From contig CAZXZO010000013.1 in NCBI GenBank assembly GCA_964645485.1, positions 1-53,011 on the forward strand: 53,011 bases of DNA, written 5' to 3'. The stretch comes from an uncultured Candidatus Poseidoniales archaeon (lineage in GTDB: Archaea > Thermoplasmatota > Poseidoniia > Poseidoniales > Thalassarchaeaceae). Below, piece by piece: positions 1-9,280 of the stretch. The notes below the pieces were generated by a model. It was not told the DNA's origin, did not search any database, and worked only from the letters and a program-made list of their open reading frames with translations. The position numbers and the translations under genes were made by a program. Each line of letters opens with the position of its first letter. Within the stretch, counting starts at the first letter, position 1.

Positions 1-101
1 GTAAAGAAAAAATTTCTTGGCAAATAAATTAGTTGAAAGGACAATATCGGTGTAAAGAAAAAATTTCTTGGCAAATAATGTAGTTTGCAGACTAAATCGG
101 C
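1..101. repeat. Degenerate 51-bp tandem repeat with an identical 27-bp core (truncated at window edge)
   Basis: GTAAAGAAAAAATTTCTTGGCAAATAA occurs at 1-27 and 52-78. The following segments (28-51, 79-101) also resemble each other (TAGTT...GAC...ATCGG). Confidence 0.85.
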
Positions 102-133
102 TGACAACAATTAGAAATTGATTCCTAAACTAT

Positions 134-1354
134 CTAGCAAGCATCGTATGCTTCGATAATATAGCGAGTTGAAGGGCTAGTCCAAGCCAATTCACTCAGT
201 CCATCTTCGCCTTCCTTAGCATATATCCTCACGACGTCCTGCACTCGTACATTTCCATCACTAGAGCGGGCAAGGATTGTCTTTGGTTTGAGGGGTTTAC
301 CAGTGCCATGAGGGTCATAGATAGTATCCAATGCTTCGTCCAAGAACCAATCTGGTTTGTCCTTCTTTGCTCCTTCGAACTTCTTGGAAATTTTTGGTCC
401 GCCACCGAATAATGCGGCCGCCCCACCAACTTTTCCTCCCGCCTTTGGTTTAGGGGCTGATTTACGAGTGGCTGATTGTTTGGGTGCTTGCCGTTTGTCT
501 GATGCAGCAACTGCTTCCGACTTGTATTCCTTTTCGAGTTCTGCGCGAACTTTTTTGCGAATTTTTGGTTCGATTTTCTTAGCCAACTCTTCTTGGTCAA
601 CATCGGCTAATTTCTCCTCTAATTGTTTATTAGAAATTTCAAGAGCATCCATGGCTTTTAGATAATGGGCAGCGATTTGGACTAGTGATGCTTCCATAGC
701 TGCCTGGGCTTGAACTTGAACCACCTCAGCGGAATGGTCTCGCCATTTCTTCCACTGCAGATTACTGTGGGATAAGATGTCTGAACCACACTTCGGACAA
801 AATGACCTTTTTGGTGGTTTTAACACAGGGATTGCTCGCAGGTCCTCGTTAGTGAGATTAGTTTCATCAATTCCACCATGAGAAATATCGTGAATGTGGT
901 GGCTTGCTTCCATCCCCAAATCCATTGCTTGCTTGAAAATCTGCTCTGAGGTGTTGACTCGGCCTGCCATTACCATCCCCCACGCGTCACTTTCTTGGGA
1001 GACCATGGCAACAGCCGCAGCAGCGGCTGGACTTGAGGCAAATGTTGAGGTTACACCTGGGTTGGGGGCTGCCACCGGCTTCATTGCCTCTTGTTGGGCT
1101 TCTTCTGCGGCTTGAGCAGACGAAGCGGCGATGCCGAGTTCAATCGGATTGCCCCCATCTTCAATTTTAGCAATCAAGTCAAATTTGTCTGCCATTGATA
1201 GGTCATCTCTGCTTTTGATTGAATCTTTTAGAGATTTCACATCATGCCCAGTTGATGTGATTGGGCCCTCAACATCGAAGTCATTTCCACACTGCAAACA
1301 GAACTTCGCGGTGGCTTCATTTGGGCCTTCGCACTTGGGGCAGTAGACCGTCAT
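134..1354 (-). CDS. Hypothetical protein with N-terminal double zinc ribbon, a second CPKCG knuckle and a coiled-coil region
   Basis: 406-aa ORF; CPKC-x10-CLQCG at the N-terminus, CPKCG mid-protein, E/K-rich helical segment. Confidence 0.8.
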   Translation of the reverse strand: MTVYCPKCEGPNEATAKFCLQCGNDFDVEGPITSTGHDVKSLKDSIKSRDDLSMADKFDLIAKIEDGGNPIELGIAASSAQAAEEAQQEAMKPVAAPNPGVTSTFASSPAAAAAVAMVSQESDAWGMVMAGRVNTSEQIFKQAMDLGMEASHHIHDISHGGIDETNLTNEDLRAIPVLKPPKRSFCPKCGSDILSHSNLQWKKWRDHSAEVVQVQAQAAMEASLVQIAAHYLKAMDALEISNKQLEEKLADVDQEELAKKIEPKIRKKVRAELEKEYKSEAVAASDKRQAPKQSATRKSAPKPKAGGKVGGAAALFGGGPKISKKFEGAKKDKPDWFLDEALDTIYDPHGTGKPLKPKTILARSSDGNVRVQDVVRIYAKEGEDGLSELAWTSPSTRYIIEAYDAC

Positions 1355-1426
1355 CGGACTCGTTCACAACCCCATCCCATTTCAAACATAATGCTCAATC
1401 GTGTTGCTGGAGGTTGTTTTCTTGGA

Positions 1427-3001
1427 TTAATTCAGTTGGTCAAGAAGACTACTCACATCGTCTTTGCCTAACTCAACAAGAAGGGCTGCTAATTTTGGTC
1501 CACGGTCCCTGTTCAGTAATGCTCGGTAAAGTGTTGTAAACGCTTGACGTGTCTCTAGTTCCGAATTAGAAGTAGCGGTTCTAATCGTTGCTAAAAGACT
1601 ATCTTCAATCCATTCAGAACTGGCTAATAATTGAGAAAATTCACTCAGAAATTCAAGTTCGTTAGATGTGAAATCTGCTGAATTTATTGAATCTGCTAAC
1701 TGAATCCGCGCGTTATCCGGGAACCACTCAGAATCTACCCAATTTCTCATCCTTTTCACTCGGTCAATCAGCCTCTCGTCTGGTTGGCCCACATCAACGC
1801 CATGGGTCCTTGCTAGTGATTCAAGCAAGTCATCATTTTGTGACTTTATTTGACATAGAGTTGAAAGATGGCTAAATGATATTCCAAGGCTAGAATCAAA
1901 ATCAGAACCAGAACGAATTCCTTGTGCCAACTCAAACTTTCTAGCTTCATCAATCAACTGCTGTTCTTTACGACTGCTTTCGCTAAGGTTTTTGTGAGCA
2001 ATTTGGCTAAGTTTTGAATGATATCGTTGCTCTAATCGTTCATACTCATCAGCCAATGAAATCAACCCTTCACCCGGGTCAAAATCAATGTGTTTTCCCG
2101 GTTTCACACGGCTAATGAGGAAGCGCATAATTTCTGGAGGTACAATATCAAGGAGTTGTTTTCCGCTCACGGTATTTCCTTTGCTACTAGCCATCGCTCC
2201 TTTTCCTTTGAGATATATCCATTCATACATCATTCCCATAGGGGGTTCAGAGCCAAAAATAGGTGCTAGGTGCTGTCCCGTGTCCCACGAACCTCCCGCT
2301 GCTGAGTGGTCTTTGCCATAACCTTCGAAGGTAACATCGAGCCAATCCCAACGGGCTGGCCAGTCTAACCTCCAAGGGAGTTTCCCGCCACCCTTTTCGA
2401 TATTTGTTCGACCTGTACGGCCATCATCTGATTGCCAATCAACCCAGGGCCATTCACAGTTGGTTACTTTGATGCCATGCATTTTCCCCTCATCGTCTGT
2501 GGGATTGTAAGGGAACCAATCGTCGTCTAGAGGGCGTTTAGAAACATCAGATATTATATCCCGAATTTTCACTTGGTTGGCAATTGCAGTTTTTACAGAT
2601 TCTGTATATTTACCATCCAAATAAGACTGGTGGACATCAACTACACGATATTCCACCCCTAGGTCATCGAGAGCAGAGAAAAATGGTGTCAAAAAGTAGT
2701 CTGGGTAACTACCATTTCCGTCAGGCGAAGGAATTGTCGCTAATGCTTTTCCAACATGTTGCTCGAAATTCTGTTCTTTGAGGAAGGGGTAGACTTTACG
2801 AAGTGGGTCTGCGTTATCTGCGATGTAGATTAGTTCTGCCTCTACTCCAATTCTTTCACATGCTCGCACTACTAGGTCTGCGGTGAGAACCTCTCGCATA
2901 TTCCCCACATGGATTGGTCCGGAGGGCGTAATTCCAGTGGCAATAACGTGTGAATCACCTTGCGCTGCCAATCGCTCTGCGATGACATCTGCCCAATGCA
3001 T
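1427..3001 (-). CDS. lysS: Lysyl-tRNA synthetase, class I
   Basis: MHWADVIA start, GITPSGPIHVGN (HIGH-like), KLPWRLDWPARW, GKDH, AMASSKGN (KMSKS-like). Confidence 0.97.
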   Translation of the reverse strand: MHWADVIAERLAAQGDSHVIATGITPSGPIHVGNMREVLTADLVVRACERIGVEAELIYIADNADPLRKVYPFLKEQNFEQHVGKALATIPSPDGNGSYPDYFLTPFFSALDDLGVEYRVVDVHQSYLDGKYTESVKTAIANQVKIRDIISDVSKRPLDDDWFPYNPTDDEGKMHGIKVTNCEWPWVDWQSDDGRTGRTNIEKGGGKLPWRLDWPARWDWLDVTFEGYGKDHSAAGGSWDTGQHLAPIFGSEPPMGMMYEWIYLKGKGAMASSKGNTVSGKQLLDIVPPEIMRFLISRVKPGKHIDFDPGEGLISLADEYERLEQRYHSKLSQIAHKNLSESSRKEQQLIDEARKFELAQGIRSGSDFDSSLGISFSHLSTLCQIKSQNDDLLESLARTHGVDVGQPDERLIDRVKRMRNWVDSEWFPDNARIQLADSINSADFTSNELEFLSEFSQLLASSEWIEDSLLATIRTATSNSELETRQAFTTLYRALLNRDRGPKLAALLVELGKDDVSSLLDQLN

Positions 3002-3014
3002 CTCTCACACCAAC

Positions 3015-3593
3015 TCAGACTGAGACTGCTCTGATTAGACCGCGTAATGGGATTCCAGCGATTTCATTCTTTTCGGTCTTATTGACCATGACCATGCAGA
3101 GAACAACTTCTGCACCATCATTTTGTAAAACTTCAATCGCTCTTCGCATTGTTTCTCCGCTGTTCAAAAGATCGTCAACGATTACGACTTTTCTGCCTCC
3201 AACATTTGCGTATTTGTGGGATAATGCTCCTCCTTTAGCCCCAACCGCGCTACGGAAAATCGATACTTCAGCACCAACTTGCTCGGCAACAGATTGTGAA
3301 AAGAAAATTCCGTTCAGGCTTATGCCCACAACTGTATCAATCCCTTCTGGATGATGTTCATCAATAATATCTGCCATTATCATCCCGATAGCGTCAATTC
3401 GTTGAGGTCTTACTCCGATTGATCTCCAACCAATTCGGACATCATCCGGTTTTGCCTCGGGTGCTGAACTTCCTTGCAACCAAGTGATTGTGGATTTTGA
3501 AATGGACATTTCATCAGCAATTTGCTGGTCATTCAATCCTTCTTCTCGCAGAGCCAGGACTCTATCTCGCAGTTCATCAACACTTAATGCCAT
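3015..3593 (-). CDS. gfcR: Orotate phosphoribosyltransferase-like protein / GfcR-family regulator (HTH + PRTase)
   Basis: N-terminal HTH (EGLNDQQIADEMSISKSTITWL) and PRPP-binding motif VVIVDDLLNSGET. Confidence 0.85.
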   Translation of the reverse strand: MALSVDELRDRVLALREEGLNDQQIADEMSISKSTITWLQGSSAPEAKPDDVRIGWRSIGVRPQRIDAIGMIMADIIDEHHPEGIDTVVGISLNGIFFSQSVAEQVGAEVSIFRSAVGAKGGALSHKYANVGGRKVVIVDDLLNSGETMRRAIEVLQNDGAEVVLCMVMVNKTEKNEIAGIPLRGLIRAVSV

Positions 3594-3627
3594 TCAATCT
3601 TAAGGATGAGTTGCTCCATAATGAACC

Positions 3628-3644
3628 CACCGCCATAGGCGGTG
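3628..3644. promoter_or_regulatory. Perfect 7-bp inverted repeat upstream of gfcR (possible operator or terminator)
   Basis: CACCGCC-ATA-GGCGGTG, 35-51 nt upstream of the gfcR-like start; function is inference. Confidence 0.35.
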
Positions 3645-3797
3645 TTAAACAACCTAGTATCGTGGTTAATCTAATACAACGGCCAAGAAGAAAATTTCTC
3701 AATAATTAATGGCAATTGAATATCTGTTTTGTTCCCATTTAGTCGTCAGATTGTCATTGGAGGTGAGTGATTCAAAAAATTGAGGCAACTGAATTGC

Positions 3798-3973
3798 TGG
3801 AAAATTCCGCTTTGGTTGTCAGATTGTCAGTGATGAAATCTGATTCAAAATCTTCCAGTGCTGCCAAATCCGCCTTCACCACGTTTGGAAAATTCCGGTT
3901 TGGTTGTCAGATTGTCAGTGATGAAATCTGATTCAAAATCTTCCAGTGCTGCCAAATCCGCCTTCACCACGTT
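3798..3973. repeat. 88-bp tandem duplication including the last 41 nt of dut, with a third degenerate 40-bp copy at 3738-3777
   Basis: 3798-3885 vs 3886-3973 differ at one base (3810 C / 3898 G). Confidence 0.95.
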
Positions 3974-4382
3974 CGGTGTCACCAAGGCCATTTTCATCAA
4001 CCTCAACAAATGAGACTTGTGGGACTTGAGAAATTACCAATTGTGCAATTCTTTCACCCTTTGGGATAGTGTAAGAATCGCCTTCACCTATCCATGTGAG
4101 TAATACCATCAATTCACCCCTGTAGTCAGCATCTATAGTTCCTGGTGCATTGGGTAAAATCAAACCTTTTGCGGCCAGAGAAGAGCGAGCTCGAACTTGG
4201 CCTTCAAAACCAGCAGGAATTGCAATTTTAAGACCGGTTTTCACTTTCATTGAAGACCCCGAAACCACAATGGTTTCCTCTATTGCTCTCAAATCCCAAC
4301 CTGCAGCAAGTGAGGAGCCCTGAGTTGGGGCTTGCGCATCAGCATGAATTTTCACAAATTGGACCTTCACTTGCTCTCGCAT
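3933..4382 (-). CDS. dut: dUTP diphosphatase (trimeric dUTPase)
   Basis: All five motifs: AGWDL, ARSSLA, GTIDADYRGE, RIAQL, RGEGGFGSTG. Start moved to MREQV, which has GGAGGT upstream. Confidence 0.96.
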   Translation of the reverse strand: MREQVKVQFVKIHADAQAPTQGSSLAAGWDLRAIEETIVVSGSSMKVKTGLKIAIPAGFEGQVRARSSLAAKGLILPNAPGTIDADYRGELMVLLTWIGEGDSYTIPKGERIAQLVISQVPQVSFVEVDENGLGDTERGEGGFGSTGRF

Positions 4383-4456
4383 CAATACCTCCGGGGCGCG
4401 TCTAGGCTGTTGAATTAACGGTGGGCTTAACAGGGAGACGCAAGTCGGCGAATTCA

Positions 4457-4867
4457 ATGGCAGACTTTGATTATGAGTCACTCCTCAATCGGGCTCGCGA
4501 CAAAATACCTCAGGAGTTGTCGTCATCTGAAAGGTGGAAATTACCTGAACCTGATGTTATGATTGAAGGTAGCCAGACAATTATCCGTAATTTTAGTGAT
4601 ATTATTGACATGATGGATAGGGATGGAAACCACGTCTACCATTTTTTACAAAATGAACTGGGAACATCCGGGTCAAGAGAGGACCGCCGTGTCTTACTCA
4701 AAGGGAGAATCCCGCCAAAGAGAATCCGAGAAAAGTTGGGTAATTACGTCAAAACCTTCATTTTATGCGGTCAGTGCAGTGCGCCTGATACTAGTTTCAT
4801 CAAAGAGGATAGAACAACACTTCTCAAGTGTCAAGCCTGTGGGGCAACCCGTCCCGTGAAACTCTGA
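4457..4867 (+). CDS. eif2b: Translation initiation factor aIF2 beta subunit
   Basis: DYESLLNRAR N-terminus; C-terminal zinc ribbon CGQCSAPDT...KCQACGA. Confidence 0.95.
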   Translation: MADFDYESLLNRARDKIPQELSSSERWKLPEPDVMIEGSQTIIRNFSDIIDMMDRDGNHVYHFLQNELGTSGSREDRRVLLKGRIPPKRIREKLGNYVKTFILCGQCSAPDTSFIKEDRTTLLKCQACGATRPVKL

Positions 4868-4921
4868 ACAACACTTCTCAAGTGCCAAGCCTGTGGGGCA
4901 ACCCGTCCCGTGAAACTCTGA
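4812..4921. repeat. 54-bp tandem duplication of the aIF2-beta 3' end
   Basis: 4812-4865 vs 4866-4919 differ at one base (4831 T / 4885 C). Confidence 0.95.
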
Positions 4922-4937
4922 GCAAAAGATTGGGTCA

Positions 4938-7595
4938 CTAATGTGAGCGCGATTCTGCCTTTGCAATTGATATTCTTACTGCCATCACAGTATCTGGTGT
5001 AACCGATATGCTTGAGATTCCGCAATCAATCAAGAATTCAGGGAATTCATCGGGGTAGTCAGATGGCGCCTGTCCGCAAATTCCAATTTCAAGCCCAGAT
5101 TGGGTGAATTTCCTGACTGCATCTCTAATCATTGATTTTACCGCCGGGGACCGGGCGTCAACTGGGTGCTGGTAACCCTCTAAGTCATCTCTTGATACAG
5201 CGTAAACCGTTTGTACTAAATCGTTTGAACCGATTGACCCGCCATATAATTCCATTTTTTTGATAAAATTTTCTGCATCTATGACATTCGATGGCAATTC
5301 TACCATCACGAACAGAGGAACTTTTGAGGCCGGTCCAACATTGTGTTCATTGAGAAGATGTTTGACCGCCTCGCCCTCTTCGGGCGAGCGGCAAAATGGC
5401 ACCATTAACTGCAAGTTATCTAATCCAAAGTCATGCCTGACCGAAGCCATTGCTTCGAGTTCCATTTCAAATGCTGGCTTGAAATTTTCATCTAAGTACC
5501 GTGAAGCACCCCGCCATGCAATCATCGGATTCTCTTCATTTGGCTCAAAGATTCTACCACCTAATAGTTCGCGATATTCATTTGATTTGAAATCTGAAAG
5601 TCTGACAAGAACTGGACGGGGATGGAACGCTGCACAAATTAAGCCGACACCTTCCCGCAATTTATCGATGAATAATCCGCGTTTATCCTCATAAGACCAC
5701 GCTCGCCTTTCAACTGCTTCGACTGCGGCTTGGATTGCTGATTCATCGGTAATTTCCAATGCTTCAATGTATGGTTGAAGTCCAGGTCCAACCTCCTTAG
5801 TCTCAAGGTATTGTGCTAACTCATTGTGATGTACGAATGCAAGTGGGTGAATACCTACTTCAGCAGATAACACGAATTCAATTCGGGCTAAGCCAACTCC
5901 ATCAACAGGTAATTGTGAATCTGCTAGTGACTTTGTTGGGAAACCAACATTCAACTTTATTTTGGTATTCAATTTGAGATCTGAATCTACTTCAATTTCT
6001 TCAATTTCAAAGGGATGGGTTCCAGAGTATATGAATCCAGTATCACCTTCAGCACAACTTCCGGTTACTTCGGCCAAATTTTCTAAATCCATCGCCTCTG
6101 AACAGCCAACAATTGCTGGAATGCCAAATTCACGGGCGATGATTGCCGCATGAGATGTTCTGCCTCCCTTTCGGGTTACTATCAATGACGCCTGTTTCAT
6201 CAGTGGTTCCCAATCAGGAGTTGTCATTTCGGTAACTAATACATCACCCTCCTCAAATACCCTATTTTCGTGAGGTATTTCCTCTAGCCGAACCCCATCT
6301 GCTAGTCTTCTGCGAATTGCTCTTTTTCCTTCTAAAACCTCTTCGTATGAGCGATACGAACGGACTCTACCACAACCAACCCTCTTGCCGACTGCTTGAC
6401 CAGTTGCGAGAACCTTGTTGGTTTTTTTGAGTTTCTTGATCAATGATTCATCCATTCTATAGCGAATAAGTTTGGCTGAACTTGTTTTGGCATGGACCGT
6501 TTCTGGTCTTGCTTGAACGATGAATAATTGGTCGGTCACACCATCTTTTGCCCATTCAATATCCATAGGTTGTTGATAATGTTCTTCAATTGCGAGTGCC
6601 ATTTCCGCAAGTTGTCGGCATTCTTGATGATTCAATGACCAGGCTCTTCTCTCATCAAGAGGAACACTGGTGGTAGTCACTTCATTGACGGTACCATGTG
6701 CATATACCATCCGAGAATCTTTACTTCCTAGAACCCGGTGAACAATCGCGAAATTGCCACGGCGTAACCCTTCTTTCCAAACAGTATAGGTGTCTGGGGT
6801 AACACTGCCTTGTACGACTAGTTCTCCCAACCCATATGCCGACGCGATGTGGATGACTCCAGAATGGCCAGAATCGGGGTCAATTGTGAACATCACACCT
6901 GAACAGGCTTTGTCAGCCCTTGCCATCTTCATGATTACAACAGCGATGGCGCTGTCGAGTGGATTCATTTCTTTCTCAAGTTGGTAGCCGATTGCTCGCT
7001 CGGTGAATAGGCTAGCAACACATTGCCTCCACTTTTGGATTACGGCTCTTTCACCACTCACATTGAGGAAGGACTCATACTGACCGGCGAATGATGCGTC
7101 GGCGGAATCTTCGGTTGTTGCCGATGAGCGCACCGCTACATCTGCACCTTGGCCATACTCCTCACACAATTGTCCATATGCGTTGATAATCGCTTGGCGA
7201 ATAACCTCTGGAACAGGGGTATCGCGAACTAGCGCTCTAGCTAATGACGCCCTGCCGTGTAGGTTGAGATGGTCTGAAGGGTCGGCACCCTTTAGACAAA
7301 TTTCCAATGCTTGTGAAAGAGTTGTGCAGGCAATTGCTTGTTCACGAATTTTCTCAACACCCTCTGGATTTCTTACATTGTCCCATGTATTTGCCGGGAC
7401 TTCTGTATTGACGAATTGCTGGAACGCTTCAACTGTTACATTGAAGCCATTGGGGACACTCACACCTGCTTTTTTGAGATTACAGTACAACTCACCAAGA
7501 GAGGCACCTTTTCCGCCAACACTTGTGGTATCAGCCATGCTGACCTCACTAAACCATTCAACTAAATTCGCTGTTTGCAAGCGATTCAACTCCAT
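4938..7595 (-). CDS. ppsA: Phosphoenolpyruvate synthase (pyruvate, water dikinase)
   Basis: VGGKGASLGE, VAVRSSA, SFAGQ, phospho-His motif GGRTSHAAIIARE, DGVGLARIEF, CGQAP. Confidence 0.95.
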   Translation of the reverse strand: MELNRLQTANLVEWFSEVSMADTTSVGGKGASLGELYCNLKKAGVSVPNGFNVTVEAFQQFVNTEVPANTWDNVRNPEGVEKIREQAIACTTLSQALEICLKGADPSDHLNLHGRASLARALVRDTPVPEVIRQAIINAYGQLCEEYGQGADVAVRSSATTEDSADASFAGQYESFLNVSGERAVIQKWRQCVASLFTERAIGYQLEKEMNPLDSAIAVVIMKMARADKACSGVMFTIDPDSGHSGVIHIASAYGLGELVVQGSVTPDTYTVWKEGLRRGNFAIVHRVLGSKDSRMVYAHGTVNEVTTTSVPLDERRAWSLNHQECRQLAEMALAIEEHYQQPMDIEWAKDGVTDQLFIVQARPETVHAKTSSAKLIRYRMDESLIKKLKKTNKVLATGQAVGKRVGCGRVRSYRSYEEVLEGKRAIRRRLADGVRLEEIPHENRVFEEGDVLVTEMTTPDWEPLMKQASLIVTRKGGRTSHAAIIAREFGIPAIVGCSEAMDLENLAEVTGSCAEGDTGFIYSGTHPFEIEEIEVDSDLKLNTKIKLNVGFPTKSLADSQLPVDGVGLARIEFVLSAEVGIHPLAFVHHNELAQYLETKEVGPGLQPYIEALEITDESAIQAAVEAVERRAWSYEDKRGLFIDKLREGVGLICAAFHPRPVLVRLSDFKSNEYRELLGGRIFEPNEENPMIAWRGASRYLDENFKPAFEMELEAMASVRHDFGLDNLQLMVPFCRSPEEGEAVKHLLNEHNVGPASKVPLFVMVELPSNVIDAENFIKKMELYGGSIGSNDLVQTVYAVSRDDLEGYQHPVDARSPAVKSMIRDAVRKFTQSGLEIGICGQAPSDYPDEFPEFLIDCGISSISVTPDTVMAVRISIAKAESRSH

Positions 7596-7680
7596 GCCGA
7601 GTATTGCCGGCGAGAAGATGCTGTTTGAGGAGGTAAATAATGGTGGGGTAGTGAAAAAAGTAAACCAAGGGTTCTCAGAA

Positions 7681-8703
7681 TTATTTTGAGCGGAAATTTA
7701 TCAGCACTTTTCCGCGGTTCTTCCGGTCATGAATATACTGTTGAGCAGCCCCAACCTCAGTATAATGAAACACCTTGTCTACAACGGGTGAAATCTCTCC
7801 TGATGCAAGCATCTTAGAGAGTTCTTCCATGTGTCCTTTGAGAACTTCATGGTCTGGCCAAGTACCCATGTGAACACCGAAAACCGCCTTATTAGAACTC
7901 ATCATTCGCATTGGGTCAAACTTTGGCATACCCCACAGAAAACCGAGTGCAGCCCGCAGTGAACGCTTGCTTCCACGGACGGCTGAAGAACCTCCAAAAG
8001 CGTAGAGATTCCCACCTTTACGGAGTGCTTTGTACGAGCGCATCAGGTGCTTCCCCCCCACAGGGTCTAAGGCGTGGTGAACACCCATACCGTCGGTTTC
8101 GGATTTGCAAACTGAAACGAAATCCTCAACTTCACGGTCAATATATCTCATGCCAAGTTCTTTCACAAATTCAGATTTTGCTGTCGAGGCAGTACCAATG
8201 ATAATTCCAGCCCCAAGGGCTTTTCCGATTTGCGCGGTTGCAGTGCCAACGCCTCCGGCAGCATGGTGAATTAGAATTGTATCATTTGGTTGAAAATTTC
8301 CCAAATATTTCAACATGTGATATGTGGTCAAATAAGTGACTGGTAATGCAGCCGCAGTATCAAAATCAACATCATCAGGCAATTTGAACACACGTTCAGA
8401 TGGGACTGCAACTTGTTGTGCATAGCCTCCCATCCCACAAAGAGCAAGCACTCTATCACCAACATTGAAACCATCAATTTTTTCACCGATTTTGGAGATT
8501 ATCCCTGAGACTTCGTAACCTGGCGTGAATGGGAATGGCGGGGTTGGCGAGTATAGTCCTTGACGCATCATCAAATCGGCGAAGTTTATGCCCGCTCGGT
8601 GTACTTCAACAATAACTTCGCCGGAATTTGGAATGGGATCTTCAGCATCAACTATTTTTATGGCGTCCAAACCACCTTTCTTGGCATAGATTACACGCTG
8701 CAT
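7681..8703 (-). CDS. NADPH:quinone oxidoreductase / zeta-crystallin (VAT-1-like) MDR family
   Basis: GINFADLMMRQGLY, PGYEVSG, HHAAGGVG nucleotide-binding loop, NRGKVLI. Confidence 0.9.
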   Translation of the reverse strand: MQRVIYAKKGGLDAIKIVDAEDPIPNSGEVIVEVHRAGINFADLMMRQGLYSPTPPFPFTPGYEVSGIISKIGEKIDGFNVGDRVLALCGMGGYAQQVAVPSERVFKLPDDVDFDTAAALPVTYLTTYHMLKYLGNFQPNDTILIHHAAGGVGTATAQIGKALGAGIIIGTASTAKSEFVKELGMRYIDREVEDFVSVCKSETDGMGVHHALDPVGGKHLMRSYKALRKGGNLYAFGGSSAVRGSKRSLRAALGFLWGMPKFDPMRMMSSNKAVFGVHMGTWPDHEVLKGHMEELSKMLASGEISPVVDKVFHYTEVGAAQQYIHDRKNRGKVLINFRSK

Positions 8704-8705
8704 AT

Positions 8706-9023
8706 TCAGGCCTCAGGATTCATCAAAATATGTTTTGCGACAGTTCCGGAGCGCAGATGTTCGAGCATGTCGAGTATGTTTTCTTTACCTGTTAGGGTAT
8801 ACCATACACCTTCTGGGTAAACCACGCATGAGATACCATTCTCGCAATTGCTGAGGCAGCCAGATTTTTGCACTCGTATATTTGCAATTCCTTCAGCTTT
8901 CGCTGCTGATTTGATGGCTTTCATTAATTCTAAACTATCTTTTGCGCTACAACATTCTCGCTTAGCATCAACTGGTCTTTCATGAGCACAAATGAACATA
9001 TGATGACGAAATTGTGTAGTCAT
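8706..9023 (-). CDS. Thioredoxin-like [2Fe-2S] ferredoxin
   Basis: HMFICAHER...CC, SGCLSNC, VVYPEGVWY; GGAGTGA upstream of MTTQF. Confidence 0.88.
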   Translation of the reverse strand: MTTQFRHHMFICAHERPVDAKRECCSAKDSLELMKAIKSAAKAEGIANIRVQKSGCLSNCENGISCVVYPEGVWYTLTGKENILDMLEHLRSGTVAKHILMNPEA

Positions 9024-9027
9024 GATT

Positions 9028-9270
9028 TCACTCCAATAGACTGTCAAGTGCATCAATTAGGTTGTGGTCCCTCTCAGAGATACCATTGATGTCATGACTC
9101 CAAGTTCTGACAAGGACACTTCCCCAATTTAGCACAAATTCAGCATGGTGGTTCAAATCTTCACAAATTGCACCGGCTTTGTTGACGAAGTCTAGAGCAG
9201 TAACAAAGTCTGAAAATTTCCACAACCGCTCGTAATGATGGTTATCAATTAATTTCCAATCTTCATGCAT
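9028..9270 (-). CDS. phhB: Pterin-4-alpha-carbinolamine dehydratase family protein
   Basis: WKFSDFVTALDFVN, NHHAE (NHHPD-like), TWSHDINGIS.RD. Confidence 0.85.
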   Translation of the reverse strand: MHEDWKLIDNHHYERLWKFSDFVTALDFVNKAGAICEDLNHHAEFVLNWGSVLVRTWSHDINGISERDHNLIDALDSLLE

Positions 9271-9280
9271 GCTCACCGAA

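Noticed and set aside
1-101. CRISPR array (27-bp palindromic repeat, 24-nt spacer)
   Set aside because: Only two units, the spacers resemble each other, and there are no cas genes in the window; better described as a degenerate tandem repeat
4865-4867. Selenocysteine recoding of the aIF2-beta TGA
   Set aside because: The TGA aligns with an Arg codon of the duplicated unit rather than a Cys, and no SECIS or Sec machinery is evident
3798-4921. Diversity-generating retroelement TR/VR pairs at the dut and aIF2-beta ends
   Set aside because: Only one mismatch per pair, no adenine-specific pattern, and no reverse transcriptase in the window
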